64,000 nucleotides of DNA, taken from Bacteroidetes bacterium GWF2_33_38. GTDB lineage: Bacteria; Bacteroidota; Bacteroidia; Bacteroidales; GWF2-33-38. Shown here in pieces: positions 1-9,243 of the stretch. The DNA is taken from the NCBI GenBank assembly GCA_001769505.1, contig MEOF01000019.1:68159-132158 (forward strand), in the 5' to 3' direction. A program made the translations under genes and the position numbers. How positions within the stretch are numbered: position 1 is the first letter of the stretch; each line of letters opens with the position of its first letter. The notes below the pieces were generated by a model, which was given only the letters and a program-made list of their open reading frames with translations, was not told the DNA's origin and did no database searches.

Positions 1-665
1 TCTCCTACTTCATCGTTACTTTTTTGATTAATTCGAATCGAGAAATCTTTTTTCAACGAAATAAGATTAACAACATTTGTAAGTTTTAGAATTGGTCTTG
101 AAATAACTTTTTGAAGATTTATTGCTATTAAAAATGTTAAAATCAAGGAAGAAAAAAGGATGATTGAGAGAATGAAGATATAATCGTTCAGCCGATTCTT
201 ATATTCAACCAAATCAGAATCAATATAAATTGAGCCAAGTTTTTCGCTGTTGAAAAAAATTGAACGAGACACAATTAGGGAGTTCTCTGAAAAGATGATG
301 GTGTCGTGTCCAAGCAATTTTGGATCAATCATCATGATTCTGTCAGCATCACGAATAAATTCAGCAAAAGCATTGTTTCTATCATCAAAAATTACGGCAA
401 GCTGAATGTGTTGATTTGCAGTTAAGGTTTGAAGCGATTTCTTCGACTCTTCTTTACCATTGAAAGGAAACGAAAGATTGGCGGTGTTATTATTTCCAAT
501 TACTTGAGCCAAAATAGACAAGCTATTAGAATAATTTTTATTGAATTGATTTTTGTCATATATAAAAAATACGGTTTCAGAAATTACCAATGTTAGCGAT
601 GTTATTGATAAAATCAATAATACAATTTTCGTTTTTATGGATAAATTTTTAAAACCTATTTTCAT
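1..665 (-). CDS. Sensor protein, N-terminal part (TM, CHASE8-like periplasmic domain, TM, start of HAMP). The output domain lies outside the window.
   Basis: This ORF is absent from the ORF track because it runs off the window. Reading the minus strand from the ATG at 665-663 gives MKIGFKNLSIKTKIVLLILSITSLTLVISETVFFIYDKNQF...YIFILSIILFSSLILTFLIAINLQKVISRPILKLTNVV. Two hydrophobic segments flank about 150 aa, as in YfiN-type CHASE8 sensors, followed by a HAMP-like segment. It overlaps the end of the DUF4154 gene by 17 nt. Confidence 0.6.
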   Translation of the reverse strand, partial: MKIGFKNLSIKTKIVLLILSITSLTLVISETVFFIYDKNQFNKNYSNSLSILAQVIGNNNTANLSFPFNGKEESKKSLQTLTANQHIQLAVIFDDRNNAFAEFIRDADRIMMIDPKLLGHDTIIFSENSLIVSRSIFFNSEKLGSIYIDSDLVEYKNRLNDYIFILSIILFSSLILTFLIAINLQKVISRPILKLTNVVNLISLKKDFSIRINQKSNDEVG

Positions 666-1224
666 CTTCAGATATAATCTTTGCTAAAAATAATAATTTT
701 GAACTGATTTTTAAATTTATGTTAACGGCATGATTGTTATTTATTTCAAATCGGTGTTTTGCGTTTTGCTCTGTAAAATTTATAATCCCGCCCAAATCAC
801 AAAAACGTTCAATATCATTGCCAACACTTAAAACCGGTTTTCCTTCAATTTTCTCAAAAATTAAATCTAATTCAGAGGGATTTACATCGGAAAGAAATAA
901 CAAATGACATTTAGTTATTTCTTCAGGGGTTTTAAAATGTACGATTTTCCAATTTCGATTTTGTAACTGTTTTCCTCTGAAAATTTCATTTAAAAGTCCT
1001 CGAAATGGATCGTAACCGTATATTCCGATTACAAATTCCGATTGTGAGTTTTCATAAGCTGAATTTGGCCACTGAGTAAAATTTATGAAGTTATAAATAT
1101 AAGCGGCTTTTACTTCATACTCGGTATATTGTTGTGCTACGATTTTATGCGTCGAAACGGAGAAAAGCATAATCAGTACGATTCCGATTTTAATAGAGTT
1201 ATATGATGATATTTTTTTATTCAT
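649..1224 (-). CDS. YfiR-like periplasmic protein (DUF4154 family)
   Basis: It has a signal peptide, and VKAAYIYNFINFTQWP matches the DUF4154/YfiR hallmark (VKAAFLYNFAKFVEWP-like). It overlaps both neighbouring genes, consistent with one operon. Confidence 0.7.
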   Translation of the reverse strand: MNKKISSYNSIKIGIVLIMLFSVSTHKIVAQQYTEYEVKAAYIYNFINFTQWPNSAYENSQSEFVIGIYGYDPFRGLLNEIFRGKQLQNRNWKIVHFKTPEEITKCHLLFLSDVNPSELDLIFEKIEGKPVLSVGNDIERFCDLGGIINFTEQNAKHRFEINNNHAVNINLKISSKLLFLAKIISEDENRF

Positions 1225-4063
1225 TTATATTTACTCTATTTCCATTTTCAAATTTAACCACAAAAGCATCTTCAAATCCCATCTGAATCATTTCCTCTTT
1301 ATAGCGAATAGCTTGGTCTAACGACGAGAATTGTCCAACTACATATTTAAACATTCCTTCGTGATTGTACCTAGTAACAGTCAAGCCTTTAAACGCTAAG
1401 TGATTAGTGTTAATTTGATTTTTTGTTGCTTTTAGCTGCACTTTATATACAAGCCCTTGAGTTGGTGCTTCAATATTTTCGGTTTTCACAATAGCCGTTT
1501 TTTCTTTCGAAACAATTGGTTCGATTTTGCTTATTTTTTCTTTCGATTTCTCTTTCGGTGCTTCTTTTTCTTTCGGCTTAGTTGTTAAAGCTTCGGGGCT
1601 GATAATGTTTTCTCGCTTGGTTTTAACCGAAGCTGCTTCTTTCGTAAGTATTTTTACATTTGCAGTTGTGTCAATAATCTCAAAAACTTTAACATCAATA
1701 TTATCACTCAAATTCATATCGACATTTTCTTTAATCACATAGTTTGCTGGTGTAATACCATTTTCAGCCAACATTTCTATAACCTGGCTTATTCGTTTTT
1801 TCGATAAGGAACAATCTTGCGAAATTTCATCTTCACTTTTACAAAAACTATTTATTTCAATAGCTAAGTTTTTATTGTTCAAAACCAATTGTGAAAGTTC
1901 TAATATGTCGATAAAGTATTTTTTATCTACTTCCGAATTGTTTTCGATAAATTTTACAGGATATGTAATAACAACTTTTTGTTTTGATACGTCAATTTTA
2001 TTAACGTCAAGAGTATCTGTTTTTGCATTAGTTGTATCGCTGGTTTGTAAAAAATATGATTGTGTAATTTCCTTCTCCGACTCTTTAACTGTTGTATTAA
2101 CTTGTGGACTTGTGTAAATTGTATCGGCTCCGACCACATAAGGCGTTAAATTAAAATTATCGCCCTCGGCGTAAAAATAATGCTGATTTGTTTTTTGCTC
2201 GTAAACGGTTTCTTGATTTATCTGACTTAATGTGGTTGTGTCGGTGCTTTCAATAGCTTGGTTGATGAGCCCTATTAACTTATCGAAATCTTTTTTAGGA
2301 GCAACTGTTTGTTTTGGTTCTTCGTATAAATTATCGGTAATATACTTAATATCAGCCGAATTCATTGAATCGGTTACATTAATTATATCCTCGATTATTT
2401 GCATTAATACATCGTAATCTTTTTTTATCAAACTATCTGGTTTTTCAGTATTTAGAAGTTTATTTACATCGTAAAAATTATTTTTTACCGTGCATTCTTC
2501 TCCAACTATTTTACCTAAAGTAATCACAGGTTTTAATTGAATTTCTTGAAATAATTCATAAAAATAGGTTTGATTTGGAACATATATATTGATTAGTTGA
2601 GGCAAATAATTATCGGCATGAACAATCATATCGTAATTTTTTCCTGGAGGAAAAATCATCAAGAATTTGCCGGTTAATGGGTTGGGATTGTACACATATT
2701 TAACTCTTGTATGAGTTTCTTTATCAATTACTTGGATTTTTGCTCCAATAGGAATTAATGGATTTCCTGCCAAAATAGTTCCTTTAACAAGTGTAAGCGG
2801 AACCGATTTATTAAATAAAACTTTATAAATATTCAAATTGTTCGAAAATGCACTTTCTTTTCTAGACAAGTAACCGACGCTACCATTTGCAATGATTGAG
2901 AATCCTAAATCGTCGTAAGTTGAATTTATCGGATAACCCATATTTATAGGCTTAATCCATTTGCCTGGAGCATATTGTGTTGTTTTAAAAATATCGAACC
3001 CTCCCATAGAATTGTGTCCTTGCGACGAAAAATACAAGGTTTTGTTGTCAGGATGAATAAAAGGCATGACTTCATCAAGATTTGTATTTATTCGATTACC
3101 CATATTTGTAGGTTTCGACCAACTGCCATCTTCTTGTTTTTGAATATAATAAATATCTTTTCCCCCAATTCCACCTGGAGCATTGCTTGAAAAATATATT
3201 GAATTTCCATCAGCACTTATGGCAATATTCTCTTCCCAATTATTCGTATTTACATGCAAAACGGGTTTTACGCTCGTGCATTTTCGGTGTTCGTTATCAA
3301 TCAAACAAGAATAAATATCGTTGCTGCTTGAAATAAATAGGGTTTGTCCGTCAGGCGAAATTCCAGCAAGTTTTAGATTGCTATCAATAATCGAATCAAT
3401 TAGTATTTCTTGTGGCAAATTCCATTTATCATTGTAAAGAGCCGAGTACATTATTTGTGAAGCGAAAAGATTTTCCTTAGGATTTGTCAAAATATCTTTT
3501 ATAAAAAACAAATCGCTTTCATCGGCAGAAACATATGGCGAATATTCATTTTCGTTAGTCGAGAATGAAACTTTTTCAATTTTTACATCTAAAGAGTCTT
3601 GAATAAATTTTTTAGCATTTTTTATCCACTCCATATATTTTTTTGCACTCGTTGGAGTAACATCAACCGCTTCGTACATCGAAACTGTTTGATATTTTTT
3701 CAAATATGTTCCAGCTTTTTTAAAATCGTGTTTATCTAAATAAATCAAACCTAAATCTTTAAATATTTCACCTGGAACGATTTGCTCATTTTTAGTAATC
3801 ACATATTCCAAATATGGAATTGCCTTTTCTTTATCCAAATTCAAATAACAGGCTCCTATATAATATTTAATTTCGATTTGATATTCATAATCGACAGAAT
3901 CAATTTTTTTAAGATATTCAAGGGCATCACTGTATTGTTCAAGATTGAAATATTCAACTCCTTTGTTAAAATTTTTTTTAATGAATTTTTTGCTTTGAGC
4001 TATGGTAAAATTTAGCGAAAAAAGAAAGATGAATATGAACAAGAATATTTTTTTTACTCGCAT
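1217..4063 (-). CDS. Large envelope protein: signal peptide, TPR, PD40/TolB-like beta-propeller repeats, degenerate OmpA-like segment, C-terminal SPOR domain
   Basis: The N-terminus has TPR-like helices. Repeated S(P/A)DG..L(Y/F)F(S/I)S motifs (GISPDGQTLFISS, ISADGNSIYFSS, HPDNKTLYFSS) indicate PD40 repeats. The segment INSFCKSEDEISQDCSLSKKRISQVIEMLAENGI looks OmpA_C-like. The C-terminal YKVQLKATKNQ...GMFKYVVGQFSSLDQAIRYKEEM looks like SPOR. Confidence 0.6.
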   Translation of the reverse strand: MRVKKIFLFIFIFLFSLNFTIAQSKKFIKKNFNKGVEYFNLEQYSDALEYLKKIDSVDYEYQIEIKYYIGACYLNLDKEKAIPYLEYVITKNEQIVPGEIFKDLGLIYLDKHDFKKAGTYLKKYQTVSMYEAVDVTPTSAKKYMEWIKNAKKFIQDSLDVKIEKVSFSTNENEYSPYVSADESDLFFIKDILTNPKENLFASQIMYSALYNDKWNLPQEILIDSIIDSNLKLAGISPDGQTLFISSSNDIYSCLIDNEHRKCTSVKPVLHVNTNNWEENIAISADGNSIYFSSNAPGGIGGKDIYYIQKQEDGSWSKPTNMGNRINTNLDEVMPFIHPDNKTLYFSSQGHNSMGGFDIFKTTQYAPGKWIKPINMGYPINSTYDDLGFSIIANGSVGYLSRKESAFSNNLNIYKVLFNKSVPLTLVKGTILAGNPLIPIGAKIQVIDKETHTRVKYVYNPNPLTGKFLMIFPPGKNYDMIVHADNYLPQLINIYVPNQTYFYELFQEIQLKPVITLGKIVGEECTVKNNFYDVNKLLNTEKPDSLIKKDYDVLMQIIEDIINVTDSMNSADIKYITDNLYEEPKQTVAPKKDFDKLIGLINQAIESTDTTTLSQINQETVYEQKTNQHYFYAEGDNFNLTPYVVGADTIYTSPQVNTTVKESEKEITQSYFLQTSDTTNAKTDTLDVNKIDVSKQKVVITYPVKFIENNSEVDKKYFIDILELSQLVLNNKNLAIEINSFCKSEDEISQDCSLSKKRISQVIEMLAENGITPANYVIKENVDMNLSDNIDVKVFEIIDTTANVKILTKEAASVKTKRENIISPEALTTKPKEKEAPKEKSKEKISKIEPIVSKEKTAIVKTENIEAPTQGLVYKVQLKATKNQINTNHLAFKGLTVTRYNHEGMFKYVVGQFSSLDQAIRYKEEMIQMGFEDAFVVKFENGNRVNINE

Positions 4064-4156
4064 ATTGCAGATAAATTTTCGTGAAATTAAAAAAAAATAC
4101 CCAAAAAATGTACATATCTTAAAATATTAATTAGATTTTTGCACAAAAAATGGATA

Positions 4157-4930
4157 ATGTTTCCCATTGTTGAGAAAAAAATATTAAAAAAAATGGATTT
4201 TCTTTCTGACCAGAAAGGGATTATTCGAAGATTTGAGCGAGAAGAAAAAAATTGGATTCCGCATTTAGAAAATACAAAAAACAAAATCACAAAATCGATA
4301 GGTGGTAAAAATAATAAATGCGTTATCGTACTTGGAAGTGGTTGGTGCTTAGATGTTCCACTTCATGATTTGTCGCAAAATTTTGAGACGGTTCATTTAG
4401 TCGATATTTTTCATCCAAGCCACATTCAAAAAGAAGTTCAAAAATTCAGCAATGTAAAACTAATCGAAGCTGACATTACAAATGGCTTGATTGAAAAAGC
4501 ATTTTATTTTGTTCAGAAAAACAAAAAGGCTACAACTTTTGATTTCAATGAGTTGCTGTCAATTCCTAAAATCGATATTTCAGATTACGATTTTATTGTT
4601 TCGGTAAATATTTTAAACCAATTGGATATTTTAATTGTTGATTATCTTCAAAAATATTTGAAAATTTCTAGTGAAAACATTGAGAATACTCGCCGATTTA
4701 TTCAAAATTATCACATTGAAATGATGCCAGCAAAAAAATCCTTATTGATTAGCGATTTTGAAGAAATATTGTTTGATAAAAAAGATATTGAACGTAGTCG
4801 GAAAAAATTAATTTATTCCAATTTATTCAATCCCGAAGTTGGCGAAAAATGGATTTGGAAATTCGATACTAAGAAGATGTACAATACAAATTACAAAACG
4901 TATTTCAATGTAATTGCTATTGATTTATAA
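4157..4930 (+). CDS. Hypothetical protein with class I SAM-methyltransferase-like Rossmann motifs
   Basis: VIVLGSGWCLDV resembles motif I, followed by VHLVDIF and IEADITNG. The track ORF begins at a TTG at 4139; the first ATG is at 4157. I did not recognise a specific family. Confidence 0.4.
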   Translation: MFPIVEKKILKKMDFLSDQKGIIRRFEREEKNWIPHLENTKNKITKSIGGKNNKCVIVLGSGWCLDVPLHDLSQNFETVHLVDIFHPSHIQKEVQKFSNVKLIEADITNGLIEKAFYFVQKNKKATTFDFNELLSIPKIDISDYDFIVSVNILNQLDILIVDYLQKYLKISSENIENTRRFIQNYHIEMMPAKKSLLISDFEEILFDKKDIERSRKKLIYSNLFNPEVGEKWIWKFDTKKMYNTNYKTYFNVIAIDL

Positions 4931-4949
4931 TAGATTGTAAAACTAAATA

Positions 4950-5864
4950 TTATTCTTTTTCTTCTATTAAATCCCTCAACGCATTTTCAAGATTAGGAAA
5001 CTGAAATCGAAAACCGGCATGTTGTATTTTTTCTGAAGAAACTCTGCTACCTTTCAAAATTATTTCAGCCATTTCGCCAAAAATAAATTTCATTAACAAT
5101 TCAGGAACTTTGGGAAACCAAAGAGGTTTTCCAAGAACTTGTGCTAATGTTTTTGTAAACTCGTAATTTGTGCTAAAATCGGGAGCGACGGCGTTGTATG
5201 CACCATTCATTTGAGAATCTTCAATGGCTTTGACATATATTTCGCACAAGTCGTCGACATGTATCCATGGCATATATTGATTTCCACTACCAATTGCTGA
5301 GCCAATTCCTAATTTAATCGGTGTAATCATTTTTTCCAAACCACCTCCATTTGCCGACAATACAACTCCTGTCCTGATTTTTACGGTTCTGATTCCTATT
5401 TCATCGAATTGAGTCGCCGATTGTTCCCATTTTTGACAAGTTGTGCCTAGAAAATCCTCGGATGGATGGTCGGTTTCAATATGTATTTTCTCCGAAGTAA
5501 TTGCACCGTAATAGCCTATGGCAGAAGCCGAAATATATGCGTTTATCTTTTTATCGTGGTCTTTTATTTTTTCAAAAATCAAATTTGTCGATTTTACACG
5601 GCTTGCTATAATTTCGTTTTTTCTATCAGTTGTCCATTTTTTTTCGCCAATATTTGTACCTGCAAGATTTACAATGAAATCTGCCGTTTCAATGGCTTCA
5701 TCTTGGATTTGATTTTTATCAATATTCCACATGTACGATTGAATATGCGAATTGTTACTGTTTGTTCGGCTCAACACAGCAACATCGTAACCTTTTTTGA
5801 TTAACTTTTTGCTAAGCGCTTGTCCGATTAATCCAGTTCCTCCTGCTAGTAAAACTGTTGGCAT
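4950..5864 (-). CDS. TIGR01777/YfcH-family NAD-dependent epimerase-like protein (with DUF1731 C-terminus)
   Basis: The N-terminal VLLAGGTGLIGQAL is a Rossmann motif. The C-terminal GSRVSSEKIQHAGFRFQFPNLENALRDL is typical of YfcH/DUF1731. Confidence 0.8.
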   Translation of the reverse strand: MPTVLLAGGTGLIGQALSKKLIKKGYDVAVLSRTNSNNSHIQSYMWNIDKNQIQDEAIETADFIVNLAGTNIGEKKWTTDRKNEIIASRVKSTNLIFEKIKDHDKKINAYISASAIGYYGAITSEKIHIETDHPSEDFLGTTCQKWEQSATQFDEIGIRTVKIRTGVVLSANGGGLEKMITPIKLGIGSAIGSGNQYMPWIHVDDLCEIYVKAIEDSQMNGAYNAVAPDFSTNYEFTKTLAQVLGKPLWFPKVPELLMKFIFGEMAEIILKGSRVSSEKIQHAGFRFQFPNLENALRDLIEEKE

Positions 5865-5904
5865 AATTTTTCGAATATTTCCAAATCAATGAATAATTAT
5901 TAGA

Positions 5905-5933
5905 AATAAAAAAAGCCTCATATGAGGCTTTTT
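5905..5933 (-). terminator. Rho-independent terminator after the C69 peptidase gene
   Basis: The palindrome GCCTCA-TA-TGAGGC (5915-5928) is flanked by A/T runs. On the minus strand the stem is followed by a T-run. Confidence 0.6.
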
Positions 5934-5936
5934 ATT

Positions 5937-7652
5937 CTAATGCGAACTTCCTTTCATTAAAAATTGTTCTCCTGTTTCGTTTACAATTCTTTTGTACCAA
6001 GCTTCGCCATATCCTGGTTGTTCTAATTTTGGAGTAACATATTTGTACCCTTCTTTAGGTTCTGATTTAACTTTTACGTTTCCGTCCATATATTTTGCAA
6101 ATAATTCGCCATAAAGTTTTAACCATTCTTTATGGGTATAATTTCCTTTGTTTACTGAAAATTCGGTAAGCAATTTAATTGCATTTTCCTTTTCTCCTTT
6201 TTGCAATAGGTCTCCTGCTTTTTTGTCAATAGTAGCAACATCGCTTATAAATTGTTGTTCCATTAAAAGTTGCTTTTTACGGATATCAGGCCAAATTAAA
6301 CTAAAATTTGTGTACGAATAATTTGAAACCATATTAAATACCCAAAAAGCAGATTCTAAGGTAAAGTCCATAATAGTTCCATTTCCAACTGCATAAGCCT
6401 CTGGAATTTTAATTGCAGAAGTGTACATTGGGAAATAAACAGTACTTGCTGCATCGTCGACACTAAACCAAAATATGCCACCCACTTCTTTTGGTAATAA
6501 AGCTCGTGATTGAGTAACAAAAGAAAATCCGGTTTGTTGAGTTGCAGTAGCACGTTCGTTGCAATACTCTTTTCCGTCAATTTTAAAAGTTAAAGGTCGC
6601 CATCTGTATGGATTTCCAAAAGGACCCGCTCCAATGTCTTTTCTCATATCTAACTCGGTTCCTTCTAAATGATCTCTCATAAAGTCCATAACTTGATGAA
6701 CATTTATTTTAGCATCTGGTTTTATCCACAATGGCATACGATTATTCGAAAAATTCGCAGGTGTAAAAGGTGTTCCTGCTTTATGTTCTTGAGAATGCAC
6801 AATGTTTCCTTTTGCATAATCCCAATATTTCGACATTTCTTTGTTTACAGAATTAAAAAAAGCCCAAACTCGAATTTCACAAAAACGAGCACCACCAAAA
6901 TCAACAGGAGCATATACATCTGAGAAACTGAATTCGGCATCAGAACCAAGGTATAATTTTTTAGTTTTCGCAAAAGAAACTACATCAGGGGCATGGAAAG
7001 TTGTTTGATTTACATCGAACCAATTATTTTTCTTTTGTAAAGGAAAAGTTGTAATTCGCGCTTGATTTGCATGAGCCGAAACATACCCGTCGGGAATCAT
7101 TCGAGCAACCCAAACAGCTCCTTTATTTCCAACCCCTTTTCCTATAATCTCAAAAATCCAAACCTCGTTTGGATCAGAAATTGACATAGATTCGCCAGAA
7201 CTGTAATATCCATACTTTTCAACGAGTTCTGCCATTGTTTTTATGGCTTCTCTTGCTGTCTTAGCTCGTTGCAAAGTCAAATATATAAGACTTCCATAAT
7301 CAATAATTCCTGTTGAGTCTTGTAAATCCGAATTTCCCCCATAAGTTGTTTCTCCAATTGCCAATTGGTGCTCGTTCATGTTGCCAATAACCGAATATGT
7401 ATGAAGCACTTGGTCGATTTCTCCCAAATATTTTCCCGAATCCCATTCGTACACTTTGAATTTTGTCCCTGCAGGATAATCCGCTGCTGGAGTAAAATAT
7501 AATTCCCCGTAAAGCATATGAGAATCTGCTGCATAGCTAATCATGGTCGAGCCATCAGTCGAAGCTCCTTTTGTTATCAGAAAATTTGTACATGCTACTA
7601 TGTAACCTGCAAAAAATAAGGTAATCAAAAAAGTTAATGCTGTTTTTTTCAT
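5937..7652 (-). CDS. C69-family dipeptidase
   Basis: A signal peptide is followed by the Cys nucleophile context VACTNFLITKGASTDGSTMISY. Length and overall pattern fit peptidase family C69. Confidence 0.8.
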   Translation of the reverse strand: MKKTALTFLITLFFAGYIVACTNFLITKGASTDGSTMISYAADSHMLYGELYFTPAADYPAGTKFKVYEWDSGKYLGEIDQVLHTYSVIGNMNEHQLAIGETTYGGNSDLQDSTGIIDYGSLIYLTLQRAKTAREAIKTMAELVEKYGYYSSGESMSISDPNEVWIFEIIGKGVGNKGAVWVARMIPDGYVSAHANQARITTFPLQKKNNWFDVNQTTFHAPDVVSFAKTKKLYLGSDAEFSFSDVYAPVDFGGARFCEIRVWAFFNSVNKEMSKYWDYAKGNIVHSQEHKAGTPFTPANFSNNRMPLWIKPDAKINVHQVMDFMRDHLEGTELDMRKDIGAGPFGNPYRWRPLTFKIDGKEYCNERATATQQTGFSFVTQSRALLPKEVGGIFWFSVDDAASTVYFPMYTSAIKIPEAYAVGNGTIMDFTLESAFWVFNMVSNYSYTNFSLIWPDIRKKQLLMEQQFISDVATIDKKAGDLLQKGEKENAIKLLTEFSVNKGNYTHKEWLKLYGELFAKYMDGNVKVKSEPKEGYKYVTPKLEQPGYGEAWYKRIVNETGEQFLMKGSSH

Positions 7653-7929
7653 CTGTTTATATTTTATTATTGGTTAATTATCAGATAGAATCTGCCATAA
7701 ATAATCATTTGTGTTTTGTATGCAAATTTTTGCCGATGGCTATTTCATCTCTTTTTTAGTTTGAACAAAAATAAAAAATATTAATGTATATCCATTTATT
7801 TGGCTTCGTATTTTTAATCTTTTTTACAGACATACCTAAAAACATTATTGCAAGTATGACAGAGCTACAAAAAATCATTTGTTTTCTTTTGAGTGTTTTC
7901 AGTATATTTACGCAAGAAATTTTTTGAAA

Positions 7930-8637
7930 ATGGCAGGAAAAATATATTTAATTCCGATGACACTAGGCGACATTCCTGTCGAAAATGTTATTCCGGATAT
8001 TGTAAAACGAATTATAAATTCAATTGATGTTTATATTGTTGAAAATGTACGAACTACTCGACGGTATTTAAGCAAATGCGGAATAGAAAAACCAATTAAT
8101 GAATTGGTGTTTTTCGAACTTAATAAGTTCACAAAACCGCATGAATTAGAAAAATATATTGAACCAATTTTTCAAAATCAAAATATTGGAATTGTATCAG
8201 AAGCTGGAATTGCAGGCGTTGCAGACCCAGGAGCTGAAATCGTAAAACTTGCCCATAAAAAGGGCATTCAAGTTGTTCCACTATCAGGACCATCGTCAAT
8301 AATATTGGCATTGTCGGCATCGGGAATGAACGGACAAAATTTTGCTTTTAACGGATATCTTCCAGTAAATTCTGACGAGCGAAAAAAACAAATATTGTTT
8401 CTCGAAAAACGATCTAAAACCGAAAATCAAGCACAAATTTTTATGGAAACACCTTATCGTAACAATCAAATGATTGACGATATTTTATCGATTTGCAATC
8501 TGGAAACGAATCTCTGTATTGCTACCGATATCACGCTAGATACTGAATTTATTCGCACGCAAAATATTCAATTGTGGAAAGTCAATAAGCCAAACTTAAA
8601 CAAACGACCTACAATATTTATCATCATGTCGAAATAA
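7930..8637 (+). CDS. Tetrapyrrole-methylase-fold SAM-dependent methyltransferase (RsmI-like)
   Basis: The start MAGKIYLIPMTLGD resembles the RsmI/TP_methylase start LYxVxTPIGN. Supporting motifs are SEAGIAGVADPGAEIV and PLSGPSSIILAL. The track ORF starts at an upstream TTG; the ATG is at 7930. Confidence 0.7.
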   Translation: MAGKIYLIPMTLGDIPVENVIPDIVKRIINSIDVYIVENVRTTRRYLSKCGIEKPINELVFFELNKFTKPHELEKYIEPIFQNQNIGIVSEAGIAGVADPGAEIVKLAHKKGIQVVPLSGPSSIILALSASGMNGQNFAFNGYLPVNSDERKKQILFLEKRSKTENQAQIFMETPYRNNQMIDDILSICNLETNLCIATDITLDTEFIRTQNIQLWKVNKPNLNKRPTIFIIMSK

Positions 8638-8742
8638 TATTATAGAAAAATTTACAGCATATAATTCAATTCGATAATATTTTGAGAAAAGTGTAACGAA
8701 AATTATAATAAGCATATTGATTTGATTTTTTAATTTTTTTCA

Positions 8743-8750
8743 TATATTTG
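8743..8750 (+). promoter_or_regulatory. Bacteroidota -7 promoter box TATATTTG
   Basis: It matches TAnnTTTG and lies 33 nt upstream of the ATG at 8783. Confidence 0.4.
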
Positions 8751-8782
8751 AGATACAATTAACAAACTAAACCTATTATAAA

Positions 8783-9178
8783 ATGAAAAACGATTACGTA
8801 TGTCCTAATTGCAGAGGATTTTTAAATGTAGAGCAAAATATTTGCTTCTCGGCAAAAACTAGAGATGGAAAAGTAGGATTAATATATCTAAATCCTGAAG
8901 TTGGTAATTATAATTTTATAAAACACAATTCATTTGACGTGAAAGACGGAGATCAACCCGAGTTCTATTGCCCAATATGTAATGCGAATCTTGCTGCACC
9001 TGAGTTAATTACAAAACTTTCGAAAGTAATTATGCTTGAAAATGGCAAAGATGAACACGAAATTATTTTCTCAAGAGTTCAAGGAGAAAGATGTACATAT
9101 AAAATCAAAGGTGAAAAAGTTGTGCCTTTTGGCGAGCATGCATCGAAATATTTAAGCTTATTGAAATATAGTAAATAA
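8783..9178 (+). CDS. Hypothetical zinc-ribbon protein
   Basis: Two CxxC pairs (CPNC...CPIC) are present. I did not recognise a family. Confidence 0.45.
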   Translation: MKNDYVCPNCRGFLNVEQNICFSAKTRDGKVGLIYLNPEVGNYNFIKHNSFDVKDGDQPEFYCPICNANLAAPELITKLSKVIMLENGKDEHEIIFSRVQGERCTYKIKGEKVVPFGEHASKYLSLLKYSK

Positions 9179-9196
9179 TGAATTTTATTGAAAAAC

Positions 9197-9229
9197 AAAA
9201 AGCTCGCTAAAACGAGCTTTTTGTTTTTT
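9197..9229 (+). terminator. Rho-independent terminator
   Basis: The stem AGCTCG (9201-9206) pairs with CGAGCT (9213-9218) and is followed by TTTTTGTTTTTT. Confidence 0.7.
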
Positions 9230-9243
9230 ATTACGAAGTAGGA

